Positions 1-9,730 of a stretch of 43,980 bases of DNA are shown one piece after another. The translations under genes were made by a program, and so were the position numbers. Source of the DNA: a virus (Duplodnaviria > Caudoviricetes); IMG/VR virus record IMGVR_UViG_3300020043_002247, positions 1 to 43,980 of that record; one strand, given 5' to 3'. The notes beneath the pieces were generated by a model that saw nothing but the letters and a program-made list of their open reading frames with translations, did no database searches and was not told the DNA's origin. The stretch's first letter is position 1. Each line of letters starts with the position of its first letter.

Positions 1-120
1 TTGCTCACGGAAAACGCGTGACCATTCATCGGTACGCTGATCGTAGACACCATCAAAACATTCATTAAGAATAGGTTCGACAATGCTACGAAAGTCGGTA
101 CTTCTCATCGGGGCTGCCAT
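1..120 (-). CDS. Major capsid protein, N-terminal 40 aa (runs off window)
   Basis: Read manually: ATG at 118-120 after AAGGAGG RBS; MAAPMRSTDFRSIVEPILNECFDGVYDQRTDEWSRVFREQ; position at end of portal-scaffold-capsid block. Confidence 0.75.
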   Translation of the reverse strand, partial: MAAPMRSTDFRSIVEPILNECFDGVYDQRTDEWSRVFREQ

Positions 121-135
121 AGTTCAGTCCCTCCT

Positions 136-735
136 TTAGATAGCGTTAATCGAAGCAACGTACTGACTGAGAGCAATCTGTACTTGCACGATAGGATAGT
201 CATCACCCCAAGCATTGTCAGGGTACGGAGCAATATTGATCACGCGCAACTGATTGGTAGCAGAGCCACCAGCAGGAGTCGTGCTCATTGCAGCAGACGA
301 TAGACCAGTTGAGCTTGATCCAGCAGTTGGGTTGCTAACGTCATACTGATCACCAATAGCGTTTTGAGCCAGAGTACCTGCAGCCTGAATCTCATAAACA
401 ATATTAGCGTCTTGGTAGAAGTAAGCGATAACCGAACCAACTTGGAACGACTCGTTCGCAGGCCAGAAATTCGACACGCGACGACGACCAGTTGCGTCAG
501 TCCACTCCGCACCGGCAAATGCGCCGAGGAAGGCTTCCGAAGAAGAGATGTTTTCAACATAGCCAGCAGTGTTCATCTTCACGGGCGCACCCTTGAAAAT
601 GTTCGCTGCATAACCCAAAGATACGTTTCCACTTGTGGAAACAGCTTGTATGCCGTTAGCAAGAGCCATTGCACGATCCAAACCAGATGGATGGTACGCA
701 GGGCGCAGACCAAACGGAGCACTAGTAGCAGACAT
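136..735 (-). CDS. Capsid-associated (decoration/cement-like) protein
   Basis: 199 aa, Ala/Gly/Ser-rich, immediately upstream of capsid gene, GGAG RBS. Confidence 0.6.
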   Translation of the reverse strand: MSATSAPFGLRPAYHPSGLDRAMALANGIQAVSTSGNVSLGYAANIFKGAPVKMNTAGYVENISSSEAFLGAFAGAEWTDATGRRRVSNFWPANESFQVGSVIAYFYQDANIVYEIQAAGTLAQNAIGDQYDVSNPTAGSSSTGLSSAAMSTTPAGGSATNQLRVINIAPYPDNAWGDDYPIVQVQIALSQYVASINAI

Positions 736-762
736 AGGTCACTCCATAAATTAAGTTTTGCC

Positions 763-1341
763 TTAACCGTAAAAATGCGGCGCTGGCAGTTCTTTGTCCA
801 GATTGTCTATGCCCTCACCCTCAAACGACCCTAGCTTTTTGCCAGAACTATCTCGTGCGCCTTGTACGCTCTCTGCTTGGACTCTGATCTTATTGGCCTC
901 CTCAAGAGGAGCCTCATGGTGGAAGTGAGCCATAATTTCTTGGTACACATCCATCGGAATCTTAAACAGCAGCATCTCGTTACACGCTATATAACCAACA
1001 TGTTCGCCAGCCTTTACGCGGTAGTTTTCAAATCCTTGGACATCCTCTGCCTTTACAGGCACGTATCCAAGTCGAATCCGCTTATCAATACTGTCGTAAC
1101 TGTTTGTTGTCGAAAGCCAGCATAAATGCCAGCCAGGTAAATCAGGAGCATTAGGCAATGCGCTTTGTGTCCACTCATCCTTCCACATCTTGCGACGTTC
1201 TTGGGAAGATACAGACTGTTCCTCTGGTGCATCTCGACTACGATCAAGACTTGCGCGGCTTTCGCGTCCACCAGCAGAAAGTGATTTCTTTAAACGAGAG
1301 TCAGTCATATTAGCTCCTATATCCTTTATTTTGCCGAGCAT
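763..1341 (-). CDS. Head-module hypothetical protein (probable start MTDSRL at 1308)
   Basis: Long ORF between scaffold-like and capsid genes; AGGAG RBS precedes ATG at 1306-1308. Confidence 0.6.
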   Translation of the reverse strand: MLGKIKDIGANMTDSRLKKSLSAGGRESRASLDRSRDAPEEQSVSSQERRKMWKDEWTQSALPNAPDLPGWHLCWLSTTNSYDSIDKRIRLGYVPVKAEDVQGFENYRVKAGEHVGYIACNEMLLFKIPMDVYQEIMAHFHHEAPLEEANKIRVQAESVQGARDSSGKKLGSFEGEGIDNLDKELPAPHFYG

Positions 1342-2311
1342 CAGAAATGTACCGCTTTATCATCTTCTGACGTTTTATTGGGTCATCCCACATTCCTGCT
1401 TCTTTCATGGCTGAAACCTGTTCCCGCGTTAGCTGGAACTGTTGGCCTCCACCGCCACTACTCACTGCATTCTCGCGGCCTGAACCCGTTATATGGCTTT
1501 TAGGACGTCGCTGAGTTGACTGTCTCTCCTCAGTGTCACCATTGTAATAATGAGGTAGGTATTTTTGCAACCGTCTATCAAGTTCTTCAAAATATTCCGG
1601 TGATCTGGCATCCCAACCCTCTTCCGTTAGCTTTTGGTCAACCGACCAAACCAACCGAGTCTCAGGATCGTTGTTGTTTGCAGGGTCATACCAGCTATTC
1701 TGCGTCTGCCAACTGTTCACATTACGCTGAACAATAGGATCAACCTTCGGAATGTTCCCTTGATTTGATGGTGACGCCATTTTTCGTCTTGCCGACTCTA
1801 AAGTCTCAGCATTACGACGGGCGTCATACCACATCTCTTGTGCAGAAGCTAAAAGTTCGCCGTTTTGGCTCTCCGTTGCCTCCGCAATCTTCTGTTTTGC
1901 AAATGCCATACGGGTTCTGTTGTCCTCAATTGCCGATTCCAGCCTTGCAATGTCGGTTCCGTGTGACTTTTTCTCTAAATTAGCGATTCTCTCGGTCAAT
2001 TCTTGATTAACACGAGACAAATGGTTCAAGCGAAGGTCTTTTTCTACCTGTACTTGCTTGTGATACTCCTTCTTAGCCTTACGTTTGTCCCTACGTTGAG
2101 CACGAATAGCCTCTTTTTCAGGATCAACCTCCCCACCAGTGGCTAATTCAGCATCTCTAGCAGCCTCATCAGCCTCGTCTGAGTCTTCTTCATGGTTAGA
2201 TTGAGGAATATCCTCATCTTCCAACATATCTTTTGGCAAATCGACAACAACTGTGCCATCAACCTGCTCTTTGACGTTTAAATCGTCCTTGTCTTTAGTT
2301 TTTGTACTCAT
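1310..2311 (-). CDS. Putative capsid scaffolding protein
   Basis: 333 aa, acidic N-terminus, long charged coiled coil, C-terminal LTREQVSAMKEAG helix; synteny. Confidence 0.6.
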   Translation of the reverse strand: MSTKTKDKDDLNVKEQVDGTVVVDLPKDMLEDEDIPQSNHEEDSDEADEAARDAELATGGEVDPEKEAIRAQRRDKRKAKKEYHKQVQVEKDLRLNHLSRVNQELTERIANLEKKSHGTDIARLESAIEDNRTRMAFAKQKIAEATESQNGELLASAQEMWYDARRNAETLESARRKMASPSNQGNIPKVDPIVQRNVNSWQTQNSWYDPANNNDPETRLVWSVDQKLTEEGWDARSPEYFEELDRRLQKYLPHYYNGDTEERQSTQRRPKSHITGSGRENAVSSGGGGQQFQLTREQVSAMKEAGMWDDPIKRQKMIKRYISDARQNKGYRS

Positions 2312-2751
2312 ACGAACGCTCTCACTTTCATAGGATCACCAGTTATCTTTGCGATAACCTCGTGGTCGTTAAGAACCATGAATAGGATTGGGTCGTCATC
2401 ATCCTTAGCATCAGGAGCAGCTACCTCCCAACGATCACCACCCCACTTAGGAACGCGGATATAGTCGCCAACATCGCACCATGAGCCTTCAGGCCACGGC
2501 TCCATGTCATCCCGTTTACGGAAAGCCAATGGCCCAATCTCGACGACTTTCGCCACCATGTTGTTCCACTTCTCCGTCTCCTTGGTTTCATGAACCAAAA
2601 TAATCCCAGCGTTCGACGTCTTGAGCTTAGTGCGACGCAACTGCACTAAAATTCTTGCACCAAGAGGTTTCGCACCGGGTTCAACGCTCGGAAATGCCCA
2701 AGCCAATTCAGCTTCGCTAGAAGCTTCCGGTATCTCATTCATCCTCATCAT
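2308..2751 (-). CDS. groES: GroES/Cpn10-like co-chaperonin
   Basis: KPLGARILVQ, AGIILV, AKVVEIGP, VGDYIRVPKWGG, LNDHEVIAKI match the Cpn10 pattern. Confidence 0.8.
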   Translation of the reverse strand: MMRMNEIPEASSEAELAWAFPSVEPGAKPLGARILVQLRRTKLKTSNAGIILVHETKETEKWNNMVAKVVEIGPLAFRKRDDMEPWPEGSWCDVGDYIRVPKWGGDRWEVAAPDAKDDDDPILFMVLNDHEVIAKITGDPMKVRAFV

Positions 2752-2920
2752 CTTCCTTTAGTAAATTGTTAAGAATATCGAGGCAGGTTTCTAGCCCCTG
2801 ATACTGTCCGACTAAGCGTTGATAAGTCTCAAAGTTAGGCAAATGCCCAGACGTTAACGAAACACTTATCTTCACTTGCTCTGCCTTTACGGCAGCAATG
2901 TAGTCGGACACGTACCTCAT
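2735..2920 (-). CDS. Small hypothetical head-module protein
   Basis: 61 aa, overlaps both neighbours; FETYQRLVGQYQGL helix. Confidence 0.65.
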   Translation of the reverse strand: MRYVSDYIAAVKAEQVKISVSLTSGHLPNFETYQRLVGQYQGLETCLDILNNLLKEDDEDE

Positions 2921-3090
2921 GCGTTAGATTTCTCAATCCCTTTACCACCAAAGTTGCCGTGATCGCTGTTGGCTTTAGGCATCGTTGCCGAACCCTGTTC
3001 ACCAACCTCTTCACCGTCAACCCAAGCACCAGCCGCCATGCGGTGATGTTGCTTGACCTGCTCTACCTTCTCATCAACTTCGTTTGCCAT
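2917..3090 (-). CDS. Small hypothetical protein (57 aa, not in ORF track)
   Basis: MANEVDEKVEQVKQHHRMAAGAWVDG...KSNA*; AGGAG RBS; ATGA overlap with next gene. Confidence 0.65.
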   Translation of the reverse strand: MANEVDEKVEQVKQHHRMAAGAWVDGEEVGEQGSATMPKANSDHGNFGGKGIEKSNA

Positions 3091-3091
3091 G

Positions 3092-5623
3092 TCACTCTCC
3101 TAATTGACGTTGTGCTACCTCGTTTAACCGCAAGGCAGTTTCGGTTTGCTCACCTCTGAGAACTTGCTCATCAGCTAACAATTCTGCAGTCTTGATGCGT
3201 TCTTGCGTTAAATTATTCTCCGCATTCATCGCCACCTTGACCTGTCTATCCTTATCCTTCTCAGCCACATCAGACTGCAACTTAGCCATACGGAACTGCA
3301 AGTCAGCCATATCATCCTGAGTCTTACGCTGAGTCTCAGCCATAGAAGACTGCAGAACAGCCTGTGCCGCTGGATCAACCTGCATCTGCTGCTGCATCTG
3401 TACTTGCTGTTGTTGCAATTGCATCATTGTCTGGCTCAGTTGCTGCATAGCCTGCATCACGCCAGCAAATGTTTCCTGAGAATCTAACTTCACATGGTCA
3501 GACGCTACAGCCATCGCCCGATCAATCTCAGCCGCAAGCTTGCTTGTTTGGTACTCGCCTAGAACCATGCCAGAACCAGGAGGCGCTACATACGTATTCA
3601 TTTGGTTCGTGTACCAAAGCATCATGTGCTGCTTGATATGCTCTAAAACCTGCGGGATGTACGTAGGGGAGATCAACTGATTCATCCCAAACATAGGGTC
3701 TAACGCAAAGTTTAAGTGCGTCTGAATGTGCGCTAGATGATCCTGACGCGGATATGCAAACGCTGGACGACCCAAAGCCATAGACGCATTCTCATCAGCC
3801 GCATTCATCTCTGTAGGCTTTGCAGCCGTTGGCATCAGCTCATTGACGTTAGGTATCTTCAACTGCTTCAACATACGGCTAACTACCTGACGCATGTCAA
3901 ATAGCGCAGGGAATTGACCAGCCATCTGCATAACAGCCTGCATTTGAGCTACGCGCTGTGTCTCGCTAAAGATATGCGGATCAGATACCGGCACAACATC
4001 GCTGTTACGTCGGAAGTCCTCACGCCTAATTGGCAAGTCAGCAACTACGTCACCCTTCTTCTGTTCATCTAAGTACCAACGGTTCAGACGACCCAGAATC
4101 ATCAGCACACGCTTCTGAGACTCGTGTAGACGCGCATGGATAGACGAGAACACAGCAGAACCCTGCTCAATCAACGCCTGAGTAGTTCCCACCGGAGTGT
4201 TTGACGTTACATCAGCAATCTTCTCTTCTGCCGTGGTCACCACGCCCTTAGCAGCGTTGTCCAACCAACCAAGCAACTGATACAACACAGGGCTAGGAGG
4301 ATTGAACGGCAACGGCATCGCAACCTTACGTATGTCATCAACACCAGGAGCCGCTTCAATCTCCGTTACTTGCGTCACATCAATCTGCTGGCTCTGGCCT
4401 GAAATCTTAGCCCCTTTGAGCTTGACCATCGCTGCAGTGTTGTTGATATGGGCAGTGTCTAATAAAGCCCGTAGAGCGCCTGTAAGGGCCGCTGCTAGGC
4501 CACCAATCAAATGAGGTAGGCCAATAGCGTAAGCGCCACGCCAAGGCACAAACTTGAACTCTACAATCCAATCCAGCTTGTCCCTAGATTCGTCGCCCTC
4601 TTCCCAGTTTCGGTACAAACCCAAAACCGTTGAGTCCAACTCATCAATCATCAGAATGTACGGAGCAGACTCGCCATCCGTATATTCGTCATCATCCAAT
4701 TCCAGCCAAGCATAGATGTGATAAACGGTACGCAAACCATCTTCGTTGTCGTCCCACTGTTTACCCTCAATCTTTAGATTGGCCTTCTCTGCACCACTCA
4801 TCTCAGGCTCAGACGTAGCAGGGATCAGATCAACATCTCGATACAACCCACGCGCTACACGCTGACCATATTCCCACGAAGTAATGTCCTGCTTCTCACT
4901 AGCCCGTTGAGCTGTGTAGAAGTTCGTTGCAGCAAACGGCAAGATCATGTTGTCAATAGGAATAAACTCAGCACACGGACGACGCTTCTTCTCGTCATAC
5001 CAAAGCTTCATGTACTGTGAGCCACCCAACGGTAACTGGGTTAGTAACTGCTCTTGCTCATCCCGAAACTCTTCGATCTGCTGCGTTAACTGCCAGTTCA
5101 TCCAATCACGCTTGCGCTCTGCTACCTCAAGCTTGGCATCATCTACCTCACCTAAAATCTTGGTCTTGGTAGGGCCGTCTGGTGGGAACATCTCTTTGAT
5201 AGCTCTTGCGGCAAAGTCAACGCAAGCCTCAGCCATCACAGGGTGAACTACCTTAGACGCACCGTTAAAGCTTGCACCGCCAGGCGCATCATTACCCATG
5301 CCAGTACGCTTCAACCCCTCTTCGTACTGCTTGTCACGTTCTTTACGTGCCTGTTTATCTTTATCAATAAACTCAAGGTAACGAGTAGCTAAACGGTCTA
5401 GGTCGTAAGAACTAAACGTCTCAGCTAAGTTGTCGTAAAAGTCAGTGTCATCTGTTGGGCTTTTGAATGGCTCAAGGTTGACCATCGCCGAACCATCAGG
5501 CAACTCCTCAACTTCTGCTTGCTCCATGTTTACATCAACAATGGCTCCACCGTCTTCAGTCTCCTGAAGTCCATTAACAAATCGCCCGAACTCCGGGTCT
5601 ATTGGCATCTCAGGCATAACCAT
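3092..5623 (-). CDS. Portal protein (P22-like, long C-terminal helical extension)
   Basis: 843 aa; GASKVVHPVMAEACVDF, EMFPPDGP, LPLGGSQYMKLWYD, GLPHLIGGL, TPVGTTQALIEQG; Q-rich tail; downstream of terminase. Confidence 0.85.
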   Translation of the reverse strand: MVMPEMPIDPEFGRFVNGLQETEDGGAIVDVNMEQAEVEELPDGSAMVNLEPFKSPTDDTDFYDNLAETFSSYDLDRLATRYLEFIDKDKQARKERDKQYEEGLKRTGMGNDAPGGASFNGASKVVHPVMAEACVDFAARAIKEMFPPDGPTKTKILGEVDDAKLEVAERKRDWMNWQLTQQIEEFRDEQEQLLTQLPLGGSQYMKLWYDEKKRRPCAEFIPIDNMILPFAATNFYTAQRASEKQDITSWEYGQRVARGLYRDVDLIPATSEPEMSGAEKANLKIEGKQWDDNEDGLRTVYHIYAWLELDDDEYTDGESAPYILMIDELDSTVLGLYRNWEEGDESRDKLDWIVEFKFVPWRGAYAIGLPHLIGGLAAALTGALRALLDTAHINNTAAMVKLKGAKISGQSQQIDVTQVTEIEAAPGVDDIRKVAMPLPFNPPSPVLYQLLGWLDNAAKGVVTTAEEKIADVTSNTPVGTTQALIEQGSAVFSSIHARLHESQKRVLMILGRLNRWYLDEQKKGDVVADLPIRREDFRRNSDVVPVSDPHIFSETQRVAQMQAVMQMAGQFPALFDMRQVVSRMLKQLKIPNVNELMPTAAKPTEMNAADENASMALGRPAFAYPRQDHLAHIQTHLNFALDPMFGMNQLISPTYIPQVLEHIKQHMMLWYTNQMNTYVAPPGSGMVLGEYQTSKLAAEIDRAMAVASDHVKLDSQETFAGVMQAMQQLSQTMMQLQQQQVQMQQQMQVDPAAQAVLQSSMAETQRKTQDDMADLQFRMAKLQSDVAEKDKDRQVKVAMNAENNLTQERIKTAELLADEQVLRGEQTETALRLNEVAQRQLGE

Positions 5624-8600
5624 TTTTCTCCAAAATCATTAGCCCACCGTCAGACCTATCGGGGCTGGTGTTGTAATCACTAATCGTGCCACCTTCGGCA
5701 TACTTCTGTAATTCTTTGCTGAACTTGTGATGCTTGATTGAGCCACCCTTAGCCATACGGACAGCGCCTCCTTGGGCCTTCATTGGTATGCCATAAGTAT
5801 CTTGCATAAACTTAGGGTCTATTGGCGTACTTGTTTTTTCAAAGTATTGTTTTACTAAATTTTCATATTCTTTGTCTGAAACATAATTAGGAACATCAAT
5901 TCCAGCATCTTCAAATCTTTTTCTCCAAGGAGCATTTTTTGTTTGTTGTAAACCAGTATTTTGAAGATCACCAACCTGCGACCAATCGCCACTCTTAACA
6001 AAATCTTGCACGAATGGTTGCAAATCTTCTTTTGGCGCTCTGTTACCTTCGCCTTTGATTTGTTTAATCTTATGGGGTTTTGCCGCCATTGCAGCATCCC
6101 ATTCTTCTTGTGTAGGTTTTCTACCTAACTTATCTTCCAATTCATAAAACACAAAATCACTGTCATGTTTTGCATACGGCTGCACTTCAATCGTCGCATG
6201 TGGGCGACCAGACTCATCACGCAAAGAGTAAATACGAGATTTACCAGAAAGAACATCAGGACAATATCCACCAACGCAGTGCTGCAATATTTCACCTTCG
6301 TATTTAAGCGCATCTTCTAGCGCTGATTGATTAATTGTTTGATGTAAATGTTTAACCGCAGCCTCTTCAGAACCTAAGCCCGATGTAATATATTGTTGAT
6401 TCTCTTTATCCCAAATTGCAAAAGTTTCAGATGATGGCGTTGGCTTTTTTATTTCATATCGGTCTGGAGTTTTAAAGTTTTCTGTCATCTCAGGAATCTT
6501 TAACTCAACCCATTTCATGCCTGCTTCTGGGTATTCTTTATGCACAACCGTCGCAGCATTAGCAGCACGCGCTTTATTTACTTCAGCCTTCTGTGCTGCC
6601 CTCCATGCGTTGATCTTGTCTACATGCTCTACCGCTTGAGGCACGCTCATCTTATCTAGCGTCTTCGTTGTAAGCCTTAAATTGTTAGGAAGCGCATCGT
6701 TTATTAATGCACCTCTTAATTCATCGACTAAATGGTCAAAGCCAAGCTCACTAACTGGATAGCCAGAATCAAGGCTATATGCATATGCCTCTGGGTTTTG
6801 TACAGCAAAATCACCGCCCAACTTTCTAAGGCTTTCGTTATTCATTTGCCGAATCATTGCAATTTGTTCTTGTGGGTCTAATGATTTAAGGTTTACATAT
6901 GCATCGTTTTCTATAAAAGGAATTTGAAACTTATATTGTGAATTCCTAATTGTTTTGTCAGTTACATCTTCCCAGTTTTTACCAACTTGGCTTTTAGCTA
7001 CATTCTCTTGGGGCATACCAGCATAGCCCCTTAATCTTTGTGGAGTTCCAAATAATTGTTGAGGAAGGTCATAATGCAAACCTTTTCTGTGTTCAATTAA
7101 AGACTTTTCATGCTCTAGCTCACGAAGACGAGCCTGTGATCGAGTCAACACTTCTGGCTCTACATTACGTGCTTGCTGAGCTTTTTGAATGTCAGCCATA
7201 ACCTTATCAATTTGTTTTTGCTTGTCAGCTAATAGCTGCTGTTTTGTTTCTTGCCATGTGTCAGCGTGTATCCGTACAGGGTCAGATGCAGTACCCATCT
7301 CATTTTGCAAATAGCGCGTTAGTTTTTTATCAATAAAATTATTGATTGCAGAGTGTTCGCGTATATTAGGGTACAAACCAGCGTTAATAACTTCATCAGC
7401 ACCTTCTTTGCCATACTTTGCTTCAAGTTCGGATAAAGTAATTGCTGGATCAGCGTTATGAAGTTTTAGTCTTAATGGATCAACATATTTTTTGGTGGCA
7501 TCCTTTACCCAATTCCCACCCTCTGGCTTAATGATGTCTTGAATCATCCCTGACTTACGTAGCTGCGTCTCTAATAGATCAGCCACCGTAGGTGCTAATG
7601 CCTCACCTGCTTTCTTTGCACCTGCCACTACCTTGGGTGCTGTCTTTACCGCCTTAACCACAGCCGCAGGGCCAACGACTCCAGTTGTAAACTCCATCAA
7701 CGGACGCTCTGTCTTCGTCGCCATACCCGCTTTTTCCATGCCGCGCTTCATCGACTCAGAACCACCAAATGGCTGCTCAGACGATAGATACCTACGGTCT
7801 GTCTTCAAAGCCTTATTAAGCAGCGCATCAACAGCATCAAACGGCAAGCTGAATAGATCAACCACGCCGCCCAAGTTCTCAGCAATCAATCCCTTGTTAA
7901 CAAGGTCAGTAATCGCGCTAGGGTCTTTTAAACTTAGCAGCTCTTCACGGCCTTGTTCTTTGGCTTTTTGTTTTACTAACGAAAGTATGCGCTGATAAGT
8001 GCTTCTGTCGTCAATCCCAGAGGTATCACTAAAGGCAACATCCCCCATAGGGTTGCCACCGACAGAGCCTTCCATCATGCGACGGCGTTGCTCTTCTTCA
8101 GGGTCTTTCAGTGGGAACGTCTGACCACCGTCAGCCATCTTCACAGCCCCACCCTCTGCCATCAGCATCTCGCCTAGCTGGTCGTACCACGTAAGCTCAG
8201 GGTTTTGTAGCATCGCACCTAGCTGGGCGTACCAATCAGGCGCGTCTACAGCCCCACCATCAGCTTTATTAATGTCTGGCGTTAGTATCTCTTTAGCTTT
8301 GGACAATCCCTTCTTGCCAGCTTCTGAAGGTAATGTATGCGCTGCATAAGCAGCCTTCTCAGCAGCCTCACGAGCCGCCATCTCAGCAGCTATAGCCTCT
8401 TGTGCCGCCTTACTTCCCGCAGGCAACTCAGCTAACAACTTAGCCAACTTAGAAATAGCTCCACCGCCTGCCATGTTGACCTGACCACCCTTCTTCTTGC
8501 CAATCAACCTACGCATACGCTCTTGGTACTCATTTAACTCATTAATAAATTGCTCATCAATCGTCTGACGCGGCCCAAGTAATTTCAGCGTATTAAAAGG

Positions 8601-9728
8601 CTCTTCAGCAATCTTCGGGTTCTTCCGAACTAAATCTAGCTCATCACGGTAAATCAAGTCATATGGCGTTGGGTGTTGAGTCTGCCCTAAGACAGTGCCT
8701 TTAATGTCTTCTGTGTAAGTACGGTGCGAAGATGGTGTGAACTGCTGATCAAGCGGCAACTCAGCAATTTTGAACCCACTTGCCCCCGTCTCAAGGTTAG
8801 TCAACTCAGGATGCGTGACAGCAAACTGGACATCACCCGCAGGTCGTAAGCCATATAACTGGCTCTTCTCTAACCTGTCTGCAATGTGCTTACGTAAAAT
8901 CGAGTTCGCCTCAGTTGCAAGCGAAACTTCATTCAAATCATCAAAACCAGAAAATTTAGGGAACGTCACACGTTTACCCTGAGCGTTAATAAAGCCTTTA
9001 CGGATGTCATCCTCAAGTGCTTCCCGCGCTGCTTTAGGTAATTGATCTGGTCGAGTGTATTGCAACAGAGAGTCCAGATAGTGCTGGGCGAACCCAAAGC
9101 CCTCCGGCATTTTTTGATACATGGCGTAAATAGGAGCGCCACCATACTGCTCAGACGCCCTTCTTCCAGCACCTATAAGGTTTGTTGCACCAGCAATGTT
9201 GGAAGCCCAAAATTTTTTCTTGTTCTTGTATCTTGGGCCACCTTCCAATGTTACCGGCTTCTCAAAAAGCACATCATCAATACCTGACAACTCAGTCCTA
9301 GCCAATGTAGGGTCGCCAGATAAACCTATGATAACGCCACCCTTTTGGTCTTCCATCGTCATGTAAGGCAATGGTGCTGATGGGTCTTCCTGCCCTGGTA
9401 ATACACGGCGCTGCACAGGCAACGTCTTCTCACGCTCAAACTGCTTCTGCGTCTTACCAGCGACCGTCTTAGCCCCCGTCTTGCCACGGGTCAACTTACC
9501 CTCAACCTGCGGAGCCATACGCTCGGCGAATGCCTGTATATCAGCGTCGCTCAACGGCTTGGCTCTAGGCATAGCAGGGTCATTCACCCCAGCCTGAATA
9601 GCGTTTCGGAGTTCCTTATTCTTTTGTAAGGCGGTTTCAATGTCGCCAGCCTTCTCCGCAGCCTTCTGCTCTTTAGCAATCTTCTCAATTGAGCGAACTA
9701 GCTTCGCGCCAAAATCCAGTTTTCCCAT
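5610..9728 (-). CDS. Large multidomain protein with PcfJ-like C-terminal domain and repeated xAxGG linkers
   Basis: 1372 aa; LKYEGEILQHCVGGY...IYSLRD..GRPHATIEV...IKQIKGEGN resembles PcfJ-like domain; nine GG motifs. Confidence 0.65.
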   Translation of the reverse strand: MGKLDFGAKLVRSIEKIAKEQKAAEKAGDIETALQKNKELRNAIQAGVNDPAMPRAKPLSDADIQAFAERMAPQVEGKLTRGKTGAKTVAGKTQKQFEREKTLPVQRRVLPGQEDPSAPLPYMTMEDQKGGVIIGLSGDPTLARTELSGIDDVLFEKPVTLEGGPRYKNKKKFWASNIAGATNLIGAGRRASEQYGGAPIYAMYQKMPEGFGFAQHYLDSLLQYTRPDQLPKAAREALEDDIRKGFINAQGKRVTFPKFSGFDDLNEVSLATEANSILRKHIADRLEKSQLYGLRPAGDVQFAVTHPELTNLETGASGFKIAELPLDQQFTPSSHRTYTEDIKGTVLGQTQHPTPYDLIYRDELDLVRKNPKIAEEPFNTLKLLGPRQTIDEQFINELNEYQERMRRLIGKKKGGQVNMAGGGAISKLAKLLAELPAGSKAAQEAIAAEMAAREAAEKAAYAAHTLPSEAGKKGLSKAKEILTPDINKADGGAVDAPDWYAQLGAMLQNPELTWYDQLGEMLMAEGGAVKMADGGQTFPLKDPEEEQRRRMMEGSVGGNPMGDVAFSDTSGIDDRSTYQRILSLVKQKAKEQGREELLSLKDPSAITDLVNKGLIAENLGGVVDLFSLPFDAVDALLNKALKTDRRYLSSEQPFGGSESMKRGMEKAGMATKTERPLMEFTTGVVGPAAVVKAVKTAPKVVAGAKKAGEALAPTVADLLETQLRKSGMIQDIIKPEGGNWVKDATKKYVDPLRLKLHNADPAITLSELEAKYGKEGADEVINAGLYPNIREHSAINNFIDKKLTRYLQNEMGTASDPVRIHADTWQETKQQLLADKQKQIDKVMADIQKAQQARNVEPEVLTRSQARLRELEHEKSLIEHRKGLHYDLPQQLFGTPQRLRGYAGMPQENVAKSQVGKNWEDVTDKTIRNSQYKFQIPFIENDAYVNLKSLDPQEQIAMIRQMNNESLRKLGGDFAVQNPEAYAYSLDSGYPVSELGFDHLVDELRGALINDALPNNLRLTTKTLDKMSVPQAVEHVDKINAWRAAQKAEVNKARAANAATVVHKEYPEAGMKWVELKIPEMTENFKTPDRYEIKKPTPSSETFAIWDKENQQYITSGLGSEEAAVKHLHQTINQSALEDALKYEGEILQHCVGGYCPDVLSGKSRIYSLRDESGRPHATIEVQPYAKHDSDFVFYELEDKLGRKPTQEEWDAAMAAKPHKIKQIKGEGNRAPKEDLQPFVQDFVKSGDWSQVGDLQNTGLQQTKNAPWRKRFEDAGIDVPNYVSDKEYENLVKQYFEKTSTPIDPKFMQDTYGIPMKAQGGAVRMAKGGSIKHHKFSKELQKYAEGGTISDYNTSPDRSDGGLMILEKNGYA

Positions 9729-9730
9729 AG

